From Sphingomonadaceae bacterium (lineage in GTDB: Bacteria; Pseudomonadota; Alphaproteobacteria; Sphingomonadales; Sphingomonadaceae), in assembly GCA_025362895.1 (NCBI GenBank), contig JANYFA010000110.1:1-55912 (forward strand): DNA of 55,912 nt, in the 5' to 3' direction. The position numbers were made by a program, and so were the translations under genes. Below, piece after piece: positions 1-10,376 of the stretch. Each line of letters starts with the position of its first letter. Position 1 is the stretch's first letter. The notes beneath the pieces were generated by a model. It saw nothing but the letters and a program-made list of their open reading frames with translations, did no database searches and was not told where the DNA came from.

Positions 1-1
1 G

Positions 2-622
2 AACGACTTCCCGAACCAGCTGGCCGAACTGCTCGGCTATCTCGAGGATGACCTTCCCGCCGGTCACCCGTTCGCCGAGCTGGCGCGGTCACTGCCGGGG
101 CGGCCCGAAATTCCCGGCGTGTGGCTGCTCGGCTCGTCCCCCGACAGCGCCGCCTGGGCGGCGGAAACCGGGCTGCCTTATTGCTTTGCCGACTTCATCA
201 ACAGCGACGGCGCCGCCATCGCCCGCCAGTACCGCGAAGCCTTTCAACCCAGCGTCCGCGCCGCTGCCCCCTATACGATGGTCGCGCTATGGACCGTATG
301 TGCCGCCACCGACGCCGCCGCCGAACGGCTCGCGCTGTCATCGCGGATGATGCTCGCGCATCTGTTGCAGGGGGTGCTGATCCCGGTGCCCAGCCCCGAA
401 ACGGCGGCGGCGTGGCTTGCCGCCAATCCGCACGCCGCGCAGCGACGCCGCCGGATGATCGCCGGGTCGCCGACGACCGTCCGCGCCGGGATCGAGGCGG
501 CGGTGGCCGAATACGGGGCCGACGAGGCGATGCTCGTCAACATCGTCCACGACCACGCCGCCCGGGTACGCAGCTATGAACTGGTGGCCGACGTCTTTGC
601 CGGGCACCGTCTGGCGGCCTGA
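2..622 (+). CDS. LLM-class (luciferase-like) flavin-dependent oxidoreductase, 5' truncated by window edge
   Basis: Frame open from nt 2 (NDFPNQLAELLGYL...VWLLGSSPDSAAWAAETGLPYCFADFI...GADEAML...RVRSYELVA), typical of the YhbW-like LLM C-terminal half. Confidence 0.85.
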   Translation, partial: NDFPNQLAELLGYLEDDLPAGHPFAELARSLPGRPEIPGVWLLGSSPDSAAWAAETGLPYCFADFINSDGAAIARQYREAFQPSVRAAAPYTMVALWTVCAATDAAAERLALSSRMMLAHLLQGVLIPVPSPETAAAWLAANPHAAQRRRRMIAGSPTTVRAGIEAAVAEYGADEAMLVNIVHDHAARVRSYELVADVFAGHRLAA

Positions 623-728
623 AGCTCCGGTATCGATCGATTCGCCGCGTCGGCCTGCTCCGCATCAGCGGCTTCCGATTATGCCGTCGGCGGTTGACAC
701 TGCAGCGCAGCATCGGTTGATGGCGGTC

Positions 729-1184
729 ATGGCAGCCAAAACCATCCGCGTCCTTGCGATCGCCAGCGGCGGTGGTCACTGGGTTCAGTTGCTGCGAATG
801 CGCCCGGCGTGGGACGGGTGCGCGGTGACCTATGCCACCGTCCACGCCGACAGCGCCGCCGATGTCGCCCCCGCGCCACTGCTGACATTCGGTGACGCCT
901 CGCGCGCCGACTGGTGGCGGTTGCCCGGCGTCGCCTTGCGGATGCTGGCGATCGTTCTCCGCGTCCGCCCGCACGTCGTCGTCACTACGGGAGCCGCGCC
1001 ACCGCTGTTCGCTCTGTTGTTCGCGCGCGCGCTCGGGGCGCGGACGTTATGGGTCGACAGCATCGCCAATGGTGAAGTGTTGTCGTCGTCGGGTGTCCTC
1101 GCCGCGCACGTCGCAACGCAACGCGTGACCCAATGGCCCGGCCTGGCCACTGGCGACATCGCTTATTGGGGCAGCGTGCTGTGA
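729..1184 (+). CDS. Alg14/PssD-like glycosyltransferase acceptor-binding subunit
   Basis: VLAIASGGGHWVQLLRMRPAW, RPHVVVTTGAAP, LWVDSIAN motifs; start could be 720. Confidence 0.85.
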   Translation: MAAKTIRVLAIASGGGHWVQLLRMRPAWDGCAVTYATVHADSAADVAPAPLLTFGDASRADWWRLPGVALRMLAIVLRVRPHVVVTTGAAPPLFALLFARALGARTLWVDSIANGEVLSSSGVLAAHVATQRVTQWPGLATGDIAYWGSVL

Positions 1185-1690
1185 CGGTACCGCGCGGCGG
1201 CGTGTTCGTTTCGACAGGGTCGATGATGCCGTTCGACCGGCTGATCCGGGCGATGGACACCTGGGCCGAGGATCATCCCGCCACGCCCGTCTTCTTCCAG
1301 ATCGGCAAGGGTAGCTACGAACCGCGCCATGGTGGCTTTGTCCGGCTGATGCCGGTCGGGGCGTATCGTGATCATCTCGCGGCCGCCGCACTGTTCGTCG
1401 CCCATGCCGGGATGGGATCGATCATCTCGGCGATTCAGGCGGGCAAGCCGCTCGTCATGCTGCCGCGCAGCAAGCCGCTTGGTGAGCATAACACCGATCA
1501 TCAGCTGGCGACGGCGGCGACGGTCGGGCAGCGCGACGGGCTCCACGTCGCCGCGACCGAGGGCGATCTTGCCGCGATCATCGACCGGCTGCTCGCCGAC
1601 ACCAGCGCGTCGCCCGCACCGATTGCGCCGTTCGCGAGCGCCGAACTGATCGGCCATATCCGCGCCTTCATCCACGCAGCCGGACGATGA
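1181..1690 (+). CDS. Alg13/PssE-like glycosyltransferase family 28 C-terminal (nucleotide-sugar binding) subunit
   Basis: VFVSTGSMMPFDRLI, VAHAGMGSII, LPRSKPLGEHNTDHQL motifs; GTG overlaps upstream TGA. Confidence 0.85.
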   Translation: MTVPRGGVFVSTGSMMPFDRLIRAMDTWAEDHPATPVFFQIGKGSYEPRHGGFVRLMPVGAYRDHLAAAALFVAHAGMGSIISAIQAGKPLVMLPRSKPLGEHNTDHQLATAATVGQRDGLHVAATEGDLAAIIDRLLADTSASPAPIAPFASAELIGHIRAFIHAAGR

Positions 1691-2499
1691 GCGGCCTGAT
1701 CGCCCTCGGGGTGACCCCCGATCCGCACCGCTTCACGCTTGCGGTCACCCCGCCGGTGTGCGTTGGCCGCCGCGACCACCAATTTCTGTTCGGTGGCGCC
1801 GGGATGGGCGCCGCCATCGCCGCGGTGGAGGCCGCGACCGGGCGTCCGACAGTATGGGCGACGGCGCAGTATCTGTCATTCGCGCGACCCCCGGCGACGC
1901 TCGATCTCGACGTCGTCGTCCCCGTCAGCGGACGCCATTCGAGCCAGGCGCGCGTCACCGGCCACGTCGGCAATACCGAGATCTTGACGGTCAATGCCGC
2001 GCTGGGCAGCCGTCCCGACGCGACCGCGATTCAGTGGAGCGCTATCCCCAATGTGCCGCCGCCCGGCGATTGCCCGGCAATCGTCAACGACTGGCCGCGC
2101 CACCCCGATGATATCAACGCCGCGTTCGAACAGCGCAGCGCACGCGGACGCTTCGGAGCGACGCGCAGCATGGGCGGCCCCAGCCCCGACGGCGTCTCGA
2201 CGATGTGGGTCCGCCCGATAGCCGGAATCGTCGACCGCGTTACCCTCGCGCTGATGGCCGATTTCCTCCCCAGCGGCATCGGCCATGCGTTCGGCGAGGG
2301 CGTCGGCGGTAACAGCCTCGACAATACCATCCGCTTCCTCGGGATCGTCCCGACCGAATGGGTATTGTGCGACACCGTCATCGAAGGAACCGCGAACGGC
2401 TTCGTCCACGGCCGGATGCGCCTGTTCGCGCAGGGCGGCGCGCTGCTGGCGACCGCGAGCCAGTCGATGATCGTCAGGCGATTCGCGCCACCGGCATGA
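1687..2499 (+). CDS. Acyl-CoA thioesterase (TesB-like double hot-dog fold)
   Basis: FLFGGAGMGAA, ADFLPSG, NSLDNTIRF, FAQGGALLATASQS; ATGA overlap with upstream gene. Confidence 0.8.
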   Translation: MSGLIALGVTPDPHRFTLAVTPPVCVGRRDHQFLFGGAGMGAAIAAVEAATGRPTVWATAQYLSFARPPATLDLDVVVPVSGRHSSQARVTGHVGNTEILTVNAALGSRPDATAIQWSAIPNVPPPGDCPAIVNDWPRHPDDINAAFEQRSARGRFGATRSMGGPSPDGVSTMWVRPIAGIVDRVTLALMADFLPSGIGHAFGEGVGGNSLDNTIRFLGIVPTEWVLCDTVIEGTANGFVHGRMRLFAQGGALLATASQSMIVRRFAPPA

Positions 2500-2732
2500 C
2501 CGGACGGCACCATCATCCGCGACACAAATGCCTGTCCTACAGACCCCGACTTGAGCTATAGATAAATGATGACGGGACAGCGCCACTTCCGCGACGGCTG
2601 TGTTCCGCAAGATTATTATGCACCAAACGCCCGCAGCGAAACTTTCGCAATAATCGAACGAGAATTTAGCGAACTTCCGCAGGATTCGGACCGGCGTCGC
2701 TGGCCGAAAACACTGATTTCGAAAGCCTGCCG

Positions 2733-3968
2733 ATGAACATCCAGACCCGCATCGACGTCGCGACCGCCGCCCTCGCGTCGCCCAAATGGCCGGCGTTTGA
2801 CTGGGCCGACCCGCTCGCGCTCGATGCGGCGCTGACCGGCGAGGAGCGGATGATCCGCGACAGCGCGCGCGCCTTTTGCGATGCTGAATTGGCCCCTGCT
2901 GTCCGCGTTGCCAATCGCAACGAAAGCTATGACCCTGATTTGATGAAGAAGTTCGGGCGCGCTGGGCTGCTCGGCATGACGATCGACGGCTATGGCTGCG
3001 CCGGAGCAAGCTATGTCGCTTACGGCCTCGTCGCGCGCGAGGTCGAGCGGATCGATTCGGCGTACCGCTCGGCGATGAGCGTTCAGTCGAGCCTCGTCAT
3101 GTACCCGATCCACGCTTATGGTACCGACGCGCAGCGCGACAAATACCTCCCCGGCCTTGCCACCGGCGACCTGATCGGCGCGTTCGGCCTAACCGAGCCT
3201 GACGCCGGTTCCGACCCCGGCAGCATGAGCACCCGTGCCGTCGCGCGCGATGGCGGATACGTCCTCAACGGGGCGAAGATGTGGATCACGTCGGCACCCG
3301 TAGCCGACGTTTTTGTCGTGTGGGCCAAGTTAAAGGGCGATAACGGCAAGGACGCGATCCGCGGCTTCATCATCGAGCGCGGCGACGCCGGACTAACGAC
3401 GCCCAAGATCGAGGGCAAATTCGCCCTGCGCGCGTGGGTGACGGGCGAAATCGTGCTCCAGGACTGTCACATCCCCGCCGACCGGCTGCTGCCCGGCGTC
3501 AGTGGGCTGGCCGGCCCGTTCGGCTGCCTCAACAACGCGCGCTACGGGATTGCGTGGGGCGCGATGGGCGCGGCGGAATTCTGCTGGCACGCAGCGCGGC
3601 AGTACACGCTCGACCGCAAGCAGTTCGGGCGCCCTTTGGCGCAGACGCAACTCGTCCAGAAAAAGCTCGCCGACATGCAGACCGAAATCACGCTGGGCCT
3701 CCACGCCGCCCTGGCCGCCGGGCGAATGCTCGACGCACACACCCTCGCCCCCGAAGCGATCAGCCTGATCAAGCGCAACAATTGCGGCAAGGCGCTCGAC
3801 ATCGCGCGGAACGCCCGCGACATGCACGGCGGCAACGGCATCAGCGACGAATACGGCGTCATCCGCCACGTCATGAACCTCGAGGCGGTCAACACCTATG
3901 AAGGCACTCACGACGTCCACGCATTGATTCTGGGCAGGGCACAAACGGGGCTGCAGGCGTTCTTCTAA
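2733..3968 (+). CDS. gcdH: Glutaryl-CoA dehydrogenase-type acyl-CoA dehydrogenase
   Basis: [59 protein letters not shown]-terminus characteristic of GcdH. Confidence 0.88.
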   Translation: MNIQTRIDVATAALASPKWPAFDWADPLALDAALTGEERMIRDSARAFCDAELAPAVRVANRNESYDPDLMKKFGRAGLLGMTIDGYGCAGASYVAYGLVAREVERIDSAYRSAMSVQSSLVMYPIHAYGTDAQRDKYLPGLATGDLIGAFGLTEPDAGSDPGSMSTRAVARDGGYVLNGAKMWITSAPVADVFVVWAKLKGDNGKDAIRGFIIERGDAGLTTPKIEGKFALRAWVTGEIVLQDCHIPADRLLPGVSGLAGPFGCLNNARYGIAWGAMGAAEFCWHAARQYTLDRKQFGRPLAQTQLVQKKLADMQTEITLGLHAALAAGRMLDAHTLAPEAISLIKRNNCGKALDIARNARDMHGGNGISDEYGVIRHVMNLEAVNTYEGTHDVHALILGRAQTGLQAFF

Positions 3969-3973
3969 GCGCA

Positions 3974-3992
3974 GCGCGGGCTTTGCCCGCGC
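3974..3992. terminator. GC hairpin between convergent genes
   Basis: GCGCGGGC-TTT-GCCCGCGC perfect 8-bp stem just after gcdH stop; no U-tract. Confidence 0.5.
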
Positions 3993-3995
3993 GCC

Positions 3996-4334
3996 CTAGT
4001 CAGACCCGCCCGGCGCCGGAAGCGCCTTGACCAACCCCAGATGCGCCGCCACGTCGTTCACCGAGATTCCCGCCGGGATCACATACACCAACCGCGCATC
4101 CCCGCTCGTCGTCACCGCGACCGCCCCTTTGGGGCACAGTTTCATGCACCCCGTTTCGACGATGCGGATCGGCGAGCGTTTCCATTTCGGCAGGTTGAGC
4201 GCCTTCTTCAGCGCCTTCGCCAGCGGACGTTTACCGCCGTCGCCGAAGCCGCCGCCGACCTTCTTGCCGCATTTGCCGCAGATCGCGACGAGGGTTTCGC
4301 TGGGGGTAGCGACGGTGCGAATGGCGGGTTTCAT
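3996..4334 (-). CDS. Small basic thioredoxin-like (2Fe-2S) ferredoxin-family protein
   Basis: ICGKC...ETGCMKLCPKGAV (CxxC...CxxxC); alternative start 4361. Confidence 0.6.
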   Translation of the reverse strand: MKPAIRTVATPSETLVAICGKCGKKVGGGFGDGGKRPLAKALKKALNLPKWKRSPIRIVETGCMKLCPKGAVAVTTSGDARLVYVIPAGISVNDVAAHLGLVKALPAPGGSD

Positions 4335-4403
4335 CGCGGCTGAACGGACGGTCGGCGACATCGTTGCCTTGACGCCCCGCCGCCCCCGCGCCACCCCTGT
4401 GCC

Positions 4404-5144
4404 ATGCTCCTCCTCGCCCTCCTGTTTGCCGCCGGTGTCTGGGCGGGGGCGCAAAACGCGCTCGCGGGCGGAGGGTCGTTCGTCACGCTGCCTGCGTTAA
4501 TCCTGACCGGGCTCGATCCCAAGCTCGCCAACATCACCTCGACCGTCGCGCTATTCCCCGGGCAGGTGACGACGGGGATGGCCGGGCGCACCCTGGTCGC
4601 CGGGACCGCGCGGCTGGCGTTCGGCTGGCTCGCGGCGATCAGCCTTGCCGGCGGGGTCGCGGGGGCGCTTCTGCTGCGCGTGACGCCGGTCGGCGTATTT
4701 GGTGCGATGGTCCCGTGGCTGGTACTCGCCGCGACGGTCCTGTTCGCGTGGAGCAGCTTTGGGCCAAAACGCCAGGGCGGCGGCGCGCCCCCACCGGCAT
4801 GGCTGTCGGCGATCCTGCAAGGCGGCATTGCCACGTACAGCGGCTTTTTCGGCGGCGGCGCGGGGATCATCACGCTGGCGGCGTTAACGCTCGCGCGGAT
4901 GCCACTGCGTAACGCCGGGGGAACCAAGAACGTCCTCGTCGCCATCTCCAACATCGCCGCCGCACTGGTTTTCGCACTGACGACGGCGATCCCTTGGGCG
5001 AAGGCGGCGGCCGTCGGCGCGGGGTCGATGGCCGGCGGCTATGCGGGCGCGGTCCTGCTGAAACGCGTGCCGGTAACCGTCCTGCGCGTCGCGGTCGTGG
5101 TCATCGGCGTCGCCCTCACGATCGGTCTGTTCATCCGCGGCTAG
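4404..5144 (+). CDS. Sulfite exporter TauE/SafE family membrane protein
   Basis: [38 protein letters not shown]; about 8 hydrophobic segments. Confidence 0.88.
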   Translation: MLLLALLFAAGVWAGAQNALAGGGSFVTLPALILTGLDPKLANITSTVALFPGQVTTGMAGRTLVAGTARLAFGWLAAISLAGGVAGALLLRVTPVGVFGAMVPWLVLAATVLFAWSSFGPKRQGGGAPPPAWLSAILQGGIATYSGFFGGGAGIITLAALTLARMPLRNAGGTKNVLVAISNIAAALVFALTTAIPWAKAAAVGAGSMAGGYAGAVLLKRVPVTVLRVAVVVIGVALTIGLFIRG

Positions 5145-5163
5145 GCCCGGCATAGGTCGCCGC

Positions 5164-6063
5164 ATGACCGATAACGCCCCCGACCCCCGCGCGCTGGCCA
5201 AGACCGAAACGCTGATCGAGGCGCTGCCGTACCTCCAGCGCTACGCCGGGCAGATCTTTGTCGTGAAATATGGCGGCCATGCAATGGGCGATGCCGAGCT
5301 GGCACGCGACTTTGCCGAGGATATCGTCCTGTTGAAGGCGTGCGGCATCAACCCCGTCGTGGTTCACGGCGGCGGGCCGCAGATTGGTGCGATGCTCGCT
5401 CGCCTCGGCATCAAGAGCGAATTCGTCGACGGGCTGCGCGTCACCGACGCCGCGACGGCACAGGTCGCTGAGATGGTCCTCGCGGGGTCGATCAACAAGG
5501 AACTCGTCGGCTGGATCAACGCTGCTGGCGGACGTGCGGCGGGCATTTCGGGCAAGGACGCCAACCTTGTCCGCGCGGTCAAGGCAACGCGCACGACGCG
5601 CGATCCCGGCAGCAATATCGAGCGCGAGGTCGACCTCGGCTTCGTCGGCGAACCCGTGTCGGTCGATCGCCGCCTGATCGACGTCCTCATCGCCGCCGAC
5701 ATCGTCCCCGTGATCGCCCCGGTCGCGGCGGGGGCGGACGGAACGACGTACAACGTCAACGCCGACACGATGGCAGGCGCCGTTGCGTCGGCGATCGGCG
5801 CCGCGCGGCTATTCCTGCTGACCGACGTCGCCGGAGTGCTCGACAAGGCGGGCGATCTGCTGACCGATCTCACCCCAAAGGCGATCGCCGCGCTGGTGGC
5901 CGACGGGACGATTTCGGGCGGGATGATCCCCAAGATCGAAACGTGCGTCGCCGCCGTTGGCGCGGGCGTCGGCGCGGCGGTCATCCTCGACGGGCGCGTC
6001 GGCCATGCGATGCTGCTCGAAATCTTTACCCGCGCCGGTGCCGGGACGCTGGTCCACGCTTAA
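5164..6063 (+). CDS. argB: Acetylglutamate kinase
   Basis: [39 protein letters not shown]. Confidence 0.97.
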   Translation: MTDNAPDPRALAKTETLIEALPYLQRYAGQIFVVKYGGHAMGDAELARDFAEDIVLLKACGINPVVVHGGGPQIGAMLARLGIKSEFVDGLRVTDAATAQVAEMVLAGSINKELVGWINAAGGRAAGISGKDANLVRAVKATRTTRDPGSNIEREVDLGFVGEPVSVDRRLIDVLIAADIVPVIAPVAAGADGTTYNVNADTMAGAVASAIGAARLFLLTDVAGVLDKAGDLLTDLTPKAIAALVADGTISGGMIPKIETCVAAVGAGVGAAVILDGRVGHAMLLEIFTRAGAGTLVHA

Positions 6064-6161
6064 TCTGTTCCCCGAAATGGGGCGGATCGAGCGCCACCTT
6101 CGATTGCGCCCGTCGCCCCGACCCTCTATCTGCGACGCCAACCACCGGCGGGGAAGCCAAC

Positions 6162-6470
6162 GTGAACACCATCGTCGCGCTGCTCGATTTCGTCGTGATC
6201 TACCTGCTCGGGCTGCTCAAGCTCCTGCTGATCGTCTATGCGGTCATGTCGTGGCTGATCGCGTTCAACGTCGTCAACACGTACAACAGCTTCGTGCGCG
6301 GGGTGCAGCGGACGCTCGAGCGCATCCTCGAGCCGCTGTTGCGCCCGATCCGCCGGGTCATCCCCGACATGGGCGGGATTGATCTGTCGCCGATGGTGCT
6401 GTTCCTGCTCATCGTCCTGATCCAGAGCTATCTCTACCCCGCGATCATGCGCGACCTGTCGCTGGCGTGA
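6162..6470 (+). CDS. yggT: YggT family membrane protein
   Basis: MSWLIAFNVVN...EPLLRPIRRVIPDMGGIDLSPMVL; GTG start. Confidence 0.9.
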   Translation: MNTIVALLDFVVIYLLGLLKLLLIVYAVMSWLIAFNVVNTYNSFVRGVQRTLERILEPLLRPIRRVIPDMGGIDLSPMVLFLLIVLIQSYLYPAIMRDLSLA

Positions 6471-6471
6471 C

Positions 6472-6792
6472 GTGAAGGCGTGGGGCCCAGTCGTCGGCGG
6501 TGTCACACTGACGGTCCGCGTGTCCCCCCGTGGGGGGCGCAACGCGGTCGAAGGGCTGGTCGCCGACGCCGAAGGCAAGCCGCAGCTGGCCGTTCGTATC
6601 GCCGCCGCACCCGTCGACGGCGAGGCGAACGATGCCGTCGAGGCGACCCTCGCCCGCTGGCTCGGCGTCAAGCCGAGCGACGTCGAGGTGACGGCCGGCG
6701 AGACGACGCGGTCGAAGATCGTGACAATCGATGGCGACCCGGTTGCGCTGATTCGCAAGCTCCAGACGCTGACCGCCAAGGTGGCGGCATGA
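6472..6792 (+). CDS. DUF167 (YggU/UPF0235) family protein
   Basis: VRVSPRGGR...APVDGEAN...GETTRSK; usual yggT-DUF167-folD order. Confidence 0.9.
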   Translation: MKAWGPVVGGVTLTVRVSPRGGRNAVEGLVADAEGKPQLAVRIAAAPVDGEANDAVEATLARWLGVKPSDVEVTAGETTRSKIVTIDGDPVALIRKLQTLTAKVAA

Positions 6793-7676
6793 CCGCCGCG
6801 CTGATCGACGGCAAGGCGCACGCGGCCACGCTGGTCGAGCGCGTTGCAGCCGCCGTCCCCGCGTTCGCCGCCGCGCGCGGGCGGGTACCGGGGCTCGCCG
6901 TGGTCGTGGTCGGTGATAATCCGGCGAGCGCCGTCTATGTCCGTAACAAGCTCGCGCGGACGGCAACCGCCGGCATGCGCTCGATCGAACACCGGTTGCC
7001 GGCGACGGTGAGCGAAGCCGGCCTTCTCGCCCTTGTCGCGACGCTCAACGCCGACGATGCGGTCGACGGCATCCTCGTTCAGTTGCCGCTGCCGCCGCAC
7101 ATTGACGACGCCAAGGTGCTCGTGGCGATCGCTCCCGACAAGGATGTCGACGGCTTTCATCCGGTCAATGCCGGACGGCTCGCCACCGGGCTGCCGGGGT
7201 TGGTGCCTTGCACCCCGACGGGGTGCCTGATGTTGCTCAAGGACACGGTCGGCGACCTGTCCGGCGCCGAGGCAATCGTCATCGGGCGGTCCAATATCGT
7301 CGGCAAACCAATGGCGGCGCTGCTGACGGCGGCATCGGCAACGGTTACACTCGCGCACAGTCGGACCCGCGACCTTGCCGGCCACGTCGCCCGCGCCGAT
7401 ATCGTCGTCGCCGCCGTCGGCGTCCCCGAGCTGGTGCGCGGCGCATGGCTCAAGCCCGGGGCCGTGGTCATCGACGTCGGCATGAACCGGATCGCCCATA
7501 CCGATGGGACGACCAAGCTGGTCGGCGATGTCGCCTTTGCCGAAGCCCGTGCTGTCGCTGCCGCAATCACCCCCGTTCCCGGCGGTGTCGGGCCGATGAC
7601 GATCGCCTGCCTTCTCCGCAACACCTTGGTTGCCGCCCATCTGCGGGCGGGACTACCGCCGGTGGTCGGGTTATGA
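6789..7676 (+). CDS. folD: Bifunctional methylenetetrahydrofolate dehydrogenase/cyclohydrolase
   Basis: [57 protein letters not shown]. Confidence 0.97.
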   Translation: MTAALIDGKAHAATLVERVAAAVPAFAAARGRVPGLAVVVVGDNPASAVYVRNKLARTATAGMRSIEHRLPATVSEAGLLALVATLNADDAVDGILVQLPLPPHIDDAKVLVAIAPDKDVDGFHPVNAGRLATGLPGLVPCTPTGCLMLLKDTVGDLSGAEAIVIGRSNIVGKPMAALLTAASATVTLAHSRTRDLAGHVARADIVVAAVGVPELVRGAWLKPGAVVIDVGMNRIAHTDGTTKLVGDVAFAEARAVAAAITPVPGGVGPMTIACLLRNTLVAAHLRAGLPPVVGL

Positions 7677-8314
7677 CCGACCTTGTTGCCCTGTTCGTCT
7701 CGGCGTTCGTCACCCTGTTCGTCGTTCTCGATCCCCCCGGCTGCGTGCCGATCTTCTCGTCGCTGACGCCGGGCGCGAGTGCGGCGCACCGGCGCAATAT
7801 GGCGTTGCGGTCGACGGCGATCGCCGGGGGGGTCCTGTTCGCCTTCGGCATCTTCGGCGAAGGGTTCCTGTCGGCGCTCGGCATCAGCCTTGCCGCCTTC
7901 CGCATCGCCGGCGGCATCATGGTCTTCTTGATCGCGATCGACATGGTCTTTGAAAAGCGTACCGAACGTCGCGAAGACCGCGCCGAGGAAGTCATCCGCG
8001 GGCGCGAGATCGTCGAGGAAGACGTCTCTGTTTTCCCGATGGCGATCCCGATGATCGCCGGGCCCGGGTCGATCGCTGCGATCATGCTGCTCAGCGCGCA
8101 GGCGAAGGGGCTGGAGGCCCACCTCGTGGTCTACGGCGCGCTGGCCGCCGTCCTGGTGGTGATGCTCGCCGCGTTGCTTGCCGCCGGGGCCGTGATGCGG
8201 CTGATCGGCGACAAGATCGAGGCGATGATCACCCGGCTACTCGGCGTCGTCCTTGCCGCGCTCGCCGCGCAGTTCGTCGTCGATGGGCTGCGCGAGGCCT
8301 TCCACATCGCCTGA
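7673..8314 (+). CDS. MarC family membrane protein
   Basis: [43 protein letters not shown]. Confidence 0.92.
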   Translation: MTDLVALFVSAFVTLFVVLDPPGCVPIFSSLTPGASAAHRRNMALRSTAIAGGVLFAFGIFGEGFLSALGISLAAFRIAGGIMVFLIAIDMVFEKRTERREDRAEEVIRGREIVEEDVSVFPMAIPMIAGPGSIAAIMLLSAQAKGLEAHLVVYGALAAVLVVMLAALLAAGAVMRLIGDKIEAMITRLLGVVLAALAAQFVVDGLREAFHIA

Positions 8315-8376
8315 AGTGGTTCATTTTCGGTTGCCCTGCGATGGTGTAACGATCGACTGGTGAACGAGGAACGACG

Positions 8377-9564
8377 ATGACCGTGACGACACTGGTACGC
8401 GCCCATACCGACGCCGATCCGCACGCGATCGAGTTGTCGATCGTGATGCCGTGCCTGAACGAGGCCGAGACGCTGGGCGTCTGCATCGAAAAAGCGAACC
8501 GCTTCCTCGTCCAGAGTGGCGTCGTGGGTGAGGTCGTCATCGCCGACAACGGCTCGACCGACGGTAGTCAGAAGATCGCCACCGACCTTGGCGCGCGCGT
8601 CGTTGCGGTGCCGGTGCGCGGCTACGGTGCGGCATTGCAGGCGGGCATCGTCGCTAGCCGGGGAACCTTCGTCGCGATGGCCGACAGCGACGACAGCTAT
8701 GACTTCCTGGGATTGATGCCGTTCGTCGCCAAGCTGCGCGGCGGCGATGACCTTGTGATGGGCAACCGTTTTCAGGGCGGGATCGCCAAGGGTGCGATGC
8801 CGCCGCTCCACCGCTATCTGGGCAATCCGGTTCTGAGCTTTGTCGGGCGGCTGTTCTATCCGTCGCAGATCGGCGACTTTCACTGCGGCCTGCGCGCTTT
8901 CCGCCGCGACGCGATCCTCGCTCTCGGTCTCAAGACGACGGGGATGGAGTTCGCGTCCGAAATGGTCGTGAAGGCGACGCTGGCACATCTGCGGGTCGCC
9001 GAAGTCCCGACGACGCTGTCGCCCGATGGCCGGTCGCGCCCGCCGCACCTGCGGTCGTGGCGCGATGGGTGGCGGCACCTCAAGTTCCTGCTGACCTTTG
9101 CCCCGAAGTGGCTATTTTTCTATCCGGGACTCGCTCTCGCCGCGCTCGGTACCGTTCTTCTCGCCGCACTGCTGCCGGGTAGCGTCCACGTCGGCAGCGT
9201 CACGCTGGGCGTCCACACCCTGCTGTTCGCCGCCGCCGGAGTGATCATCGGCGCGCAACTGATGAGCTTTGCCGTCGTCGCCCGCCTTTTCGGGGTGCGC
9301 GAGGGTCTGTGGCCAACGTCGCCCCGCATCGAGTTCGCGCGGCGGCTGTTCACCATCGACCGAACGTGCATTGCCGGCGCGGTCATGCTCGTCGCCGGGA
9401 TTGTCCTTGCTGTCGCTGCCGTGCGCGGCTGGGCGGGAACCGGCTTCGGCGACATGGACGTGGAGGGGACGATGCGCCTGGCAATCCCGTCCGTCCTGCT
9501 CTGCGCCCTCGGCGTCCAGGCGCTCGTTACCGGCTTCTTCACCGCGCTGCTGACGAGTGACTGA
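8377..9564 (+). CDS. GT2 polyprenol-phosphate glycosyltransferase (DPM/GtrB-like) with C-terminal TM helices
   Basis: SIVMPCLNEAETL, ADNGSTDGS, GYGAAL, MADSDDSYD, DFHCGLRAF, GMEFASEM; four hydrophobic C-terminal segments. Confidence 0.88.
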   Translation: MTVTTLVRAHTDADPHAIELSIVMPCLNEAETLGVCIEKANRFLVQSGVVGEVVIADNGSTDGSQKIATDLGARVVAVPVRGYGAALQAGIVASRGTFVAMADSDDSYDFLGLMPFVAKLRGGDDLVMGNRFQGGIAKGAMPPLHRYLGNPVLSFVGRLFYPSQIGDFHCGLRAFRRDAILALGLKTTGMEFASEMVVKATLAHLRVAEVPTTLSPDGRSRPPHLRSWRDGWRHLKFLLTFAPKWLFFYPGLALAALGTVLLAALLPGSVHVGSVTLGVHTLLFAAAGVIIGAQLMSFAVVARLFGVREGLWPTSPRIEFARRLFTIDRTCIAGAVMLVAGIVLAVAAVRGWAGTGFGDMDVEGTMRLAIPSVLLCALGVQALVTGFFTALLTSD

Positions 9565-9958
9565 GGACGCGGCCGCGAGCGCAACCGGACCGGCGTGGCT
9601 CGGACAGGTAGCGCGGTTCGCACTTGTCGGTGGCCTCTCCTTCATCCTCGACGCAGGCATCCTGTGGCTGACCCTACGGGCCGGGGCGTCGCCTTATGCT
9701 GGGCGAGTGTTATCGATCGCAGTGTCGATCGTCTTCACATGGTGGCTCAACCGCCGCCTGACCTTCACCACCGCCGCCGGGCCGTCGTGGCGCGAGTTTG
9801 GGGCCTATGCGCTTCAATCGCTTCTCGGCGCGGCGATCAACTACGGTGTCTACTCGGTGGCTATCGCCGCGGGCGCGCCGGTCCTCGCCGGGCTGGTTCT
9901 TGGCACCGGTATCGCCGCCGTGGTCAACTTCTTCCGCTACCGCGCGATCCTCGGCTGA
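9557..9958 (+). CDS. GtrA family flippase-like membrane protein
   Basis: RFALVGG...FTWWLNRRLTF...INYGVY...VNF; overlaps GT2 stop. Confidence 0.85.
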   Translation: MTEDAAASATGPAWLGQVARFALVGGLSFILDAGILWLTLRAGASPYAGRVLSIAVSIVFTWWLNRRLTFTTAAGPSWREFGAYALQSLLGAAINYGVYSVAIAAGAPVLAGLVLGTGIAAVVNFFRYRAILG

Positions 9959-9971
9959 CGCCGCCGCGCCG

Positions 9972-10376
9972 TCACCATTCTGCCCCGTCCTCGCCCGCGA
10001 CGTCGGTCACCACGAAATACCAGTCGCCCTCGTCGCACGCGAGCGTGTCGATCGATACGAACGTCGCCAGCGTCGCCCCCTCTCCATCGACCAGCCGCCA
10101 CCGGCTCGTTACCCGCGCGGCATCGTCGGGCAAGTCCTCGATCTGTTCGACCACCGCCGTCACACCCGCAACGCCGTGTGCCTCCCACCGCGCAAGACGA
10201 TCATCGATCCAGGCATCGAGTTCGTCGTCCGCCTCGATGAATGTCGTCCCCGCGCCGTCGGCGATCATCTGTGGCAGGCCCATGCCATCGGCGATCGCTT
10301 CGACGTCGCCAGCGTTCCACGCATCGGCATGGCCCGCGATGAAGTCGGCGATCGCGGCGTGGCTGGTGGCGCTCAC
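9972..10376 (-). CDS. NTF2/SnoaL-like fold protein (acidic)
   Basis: [15 protein letters not shown]...[10 protein letters not shown]...WYFVV pattern; GTGA overlap with argG stop. Confidence 0.55.
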   Translation of the reverse strand: MSATSHAAIADFIAGHADAWNAGDVEAIADGMGLPQMIADGAGTTFIEADDELDAWIDDRLARWEAHGVAGVTAVVEQIEDLPDDAARVTSRWRLVDGEGATLATFVSIDTLACDEGDWYFVVTDVAGEDGAEW

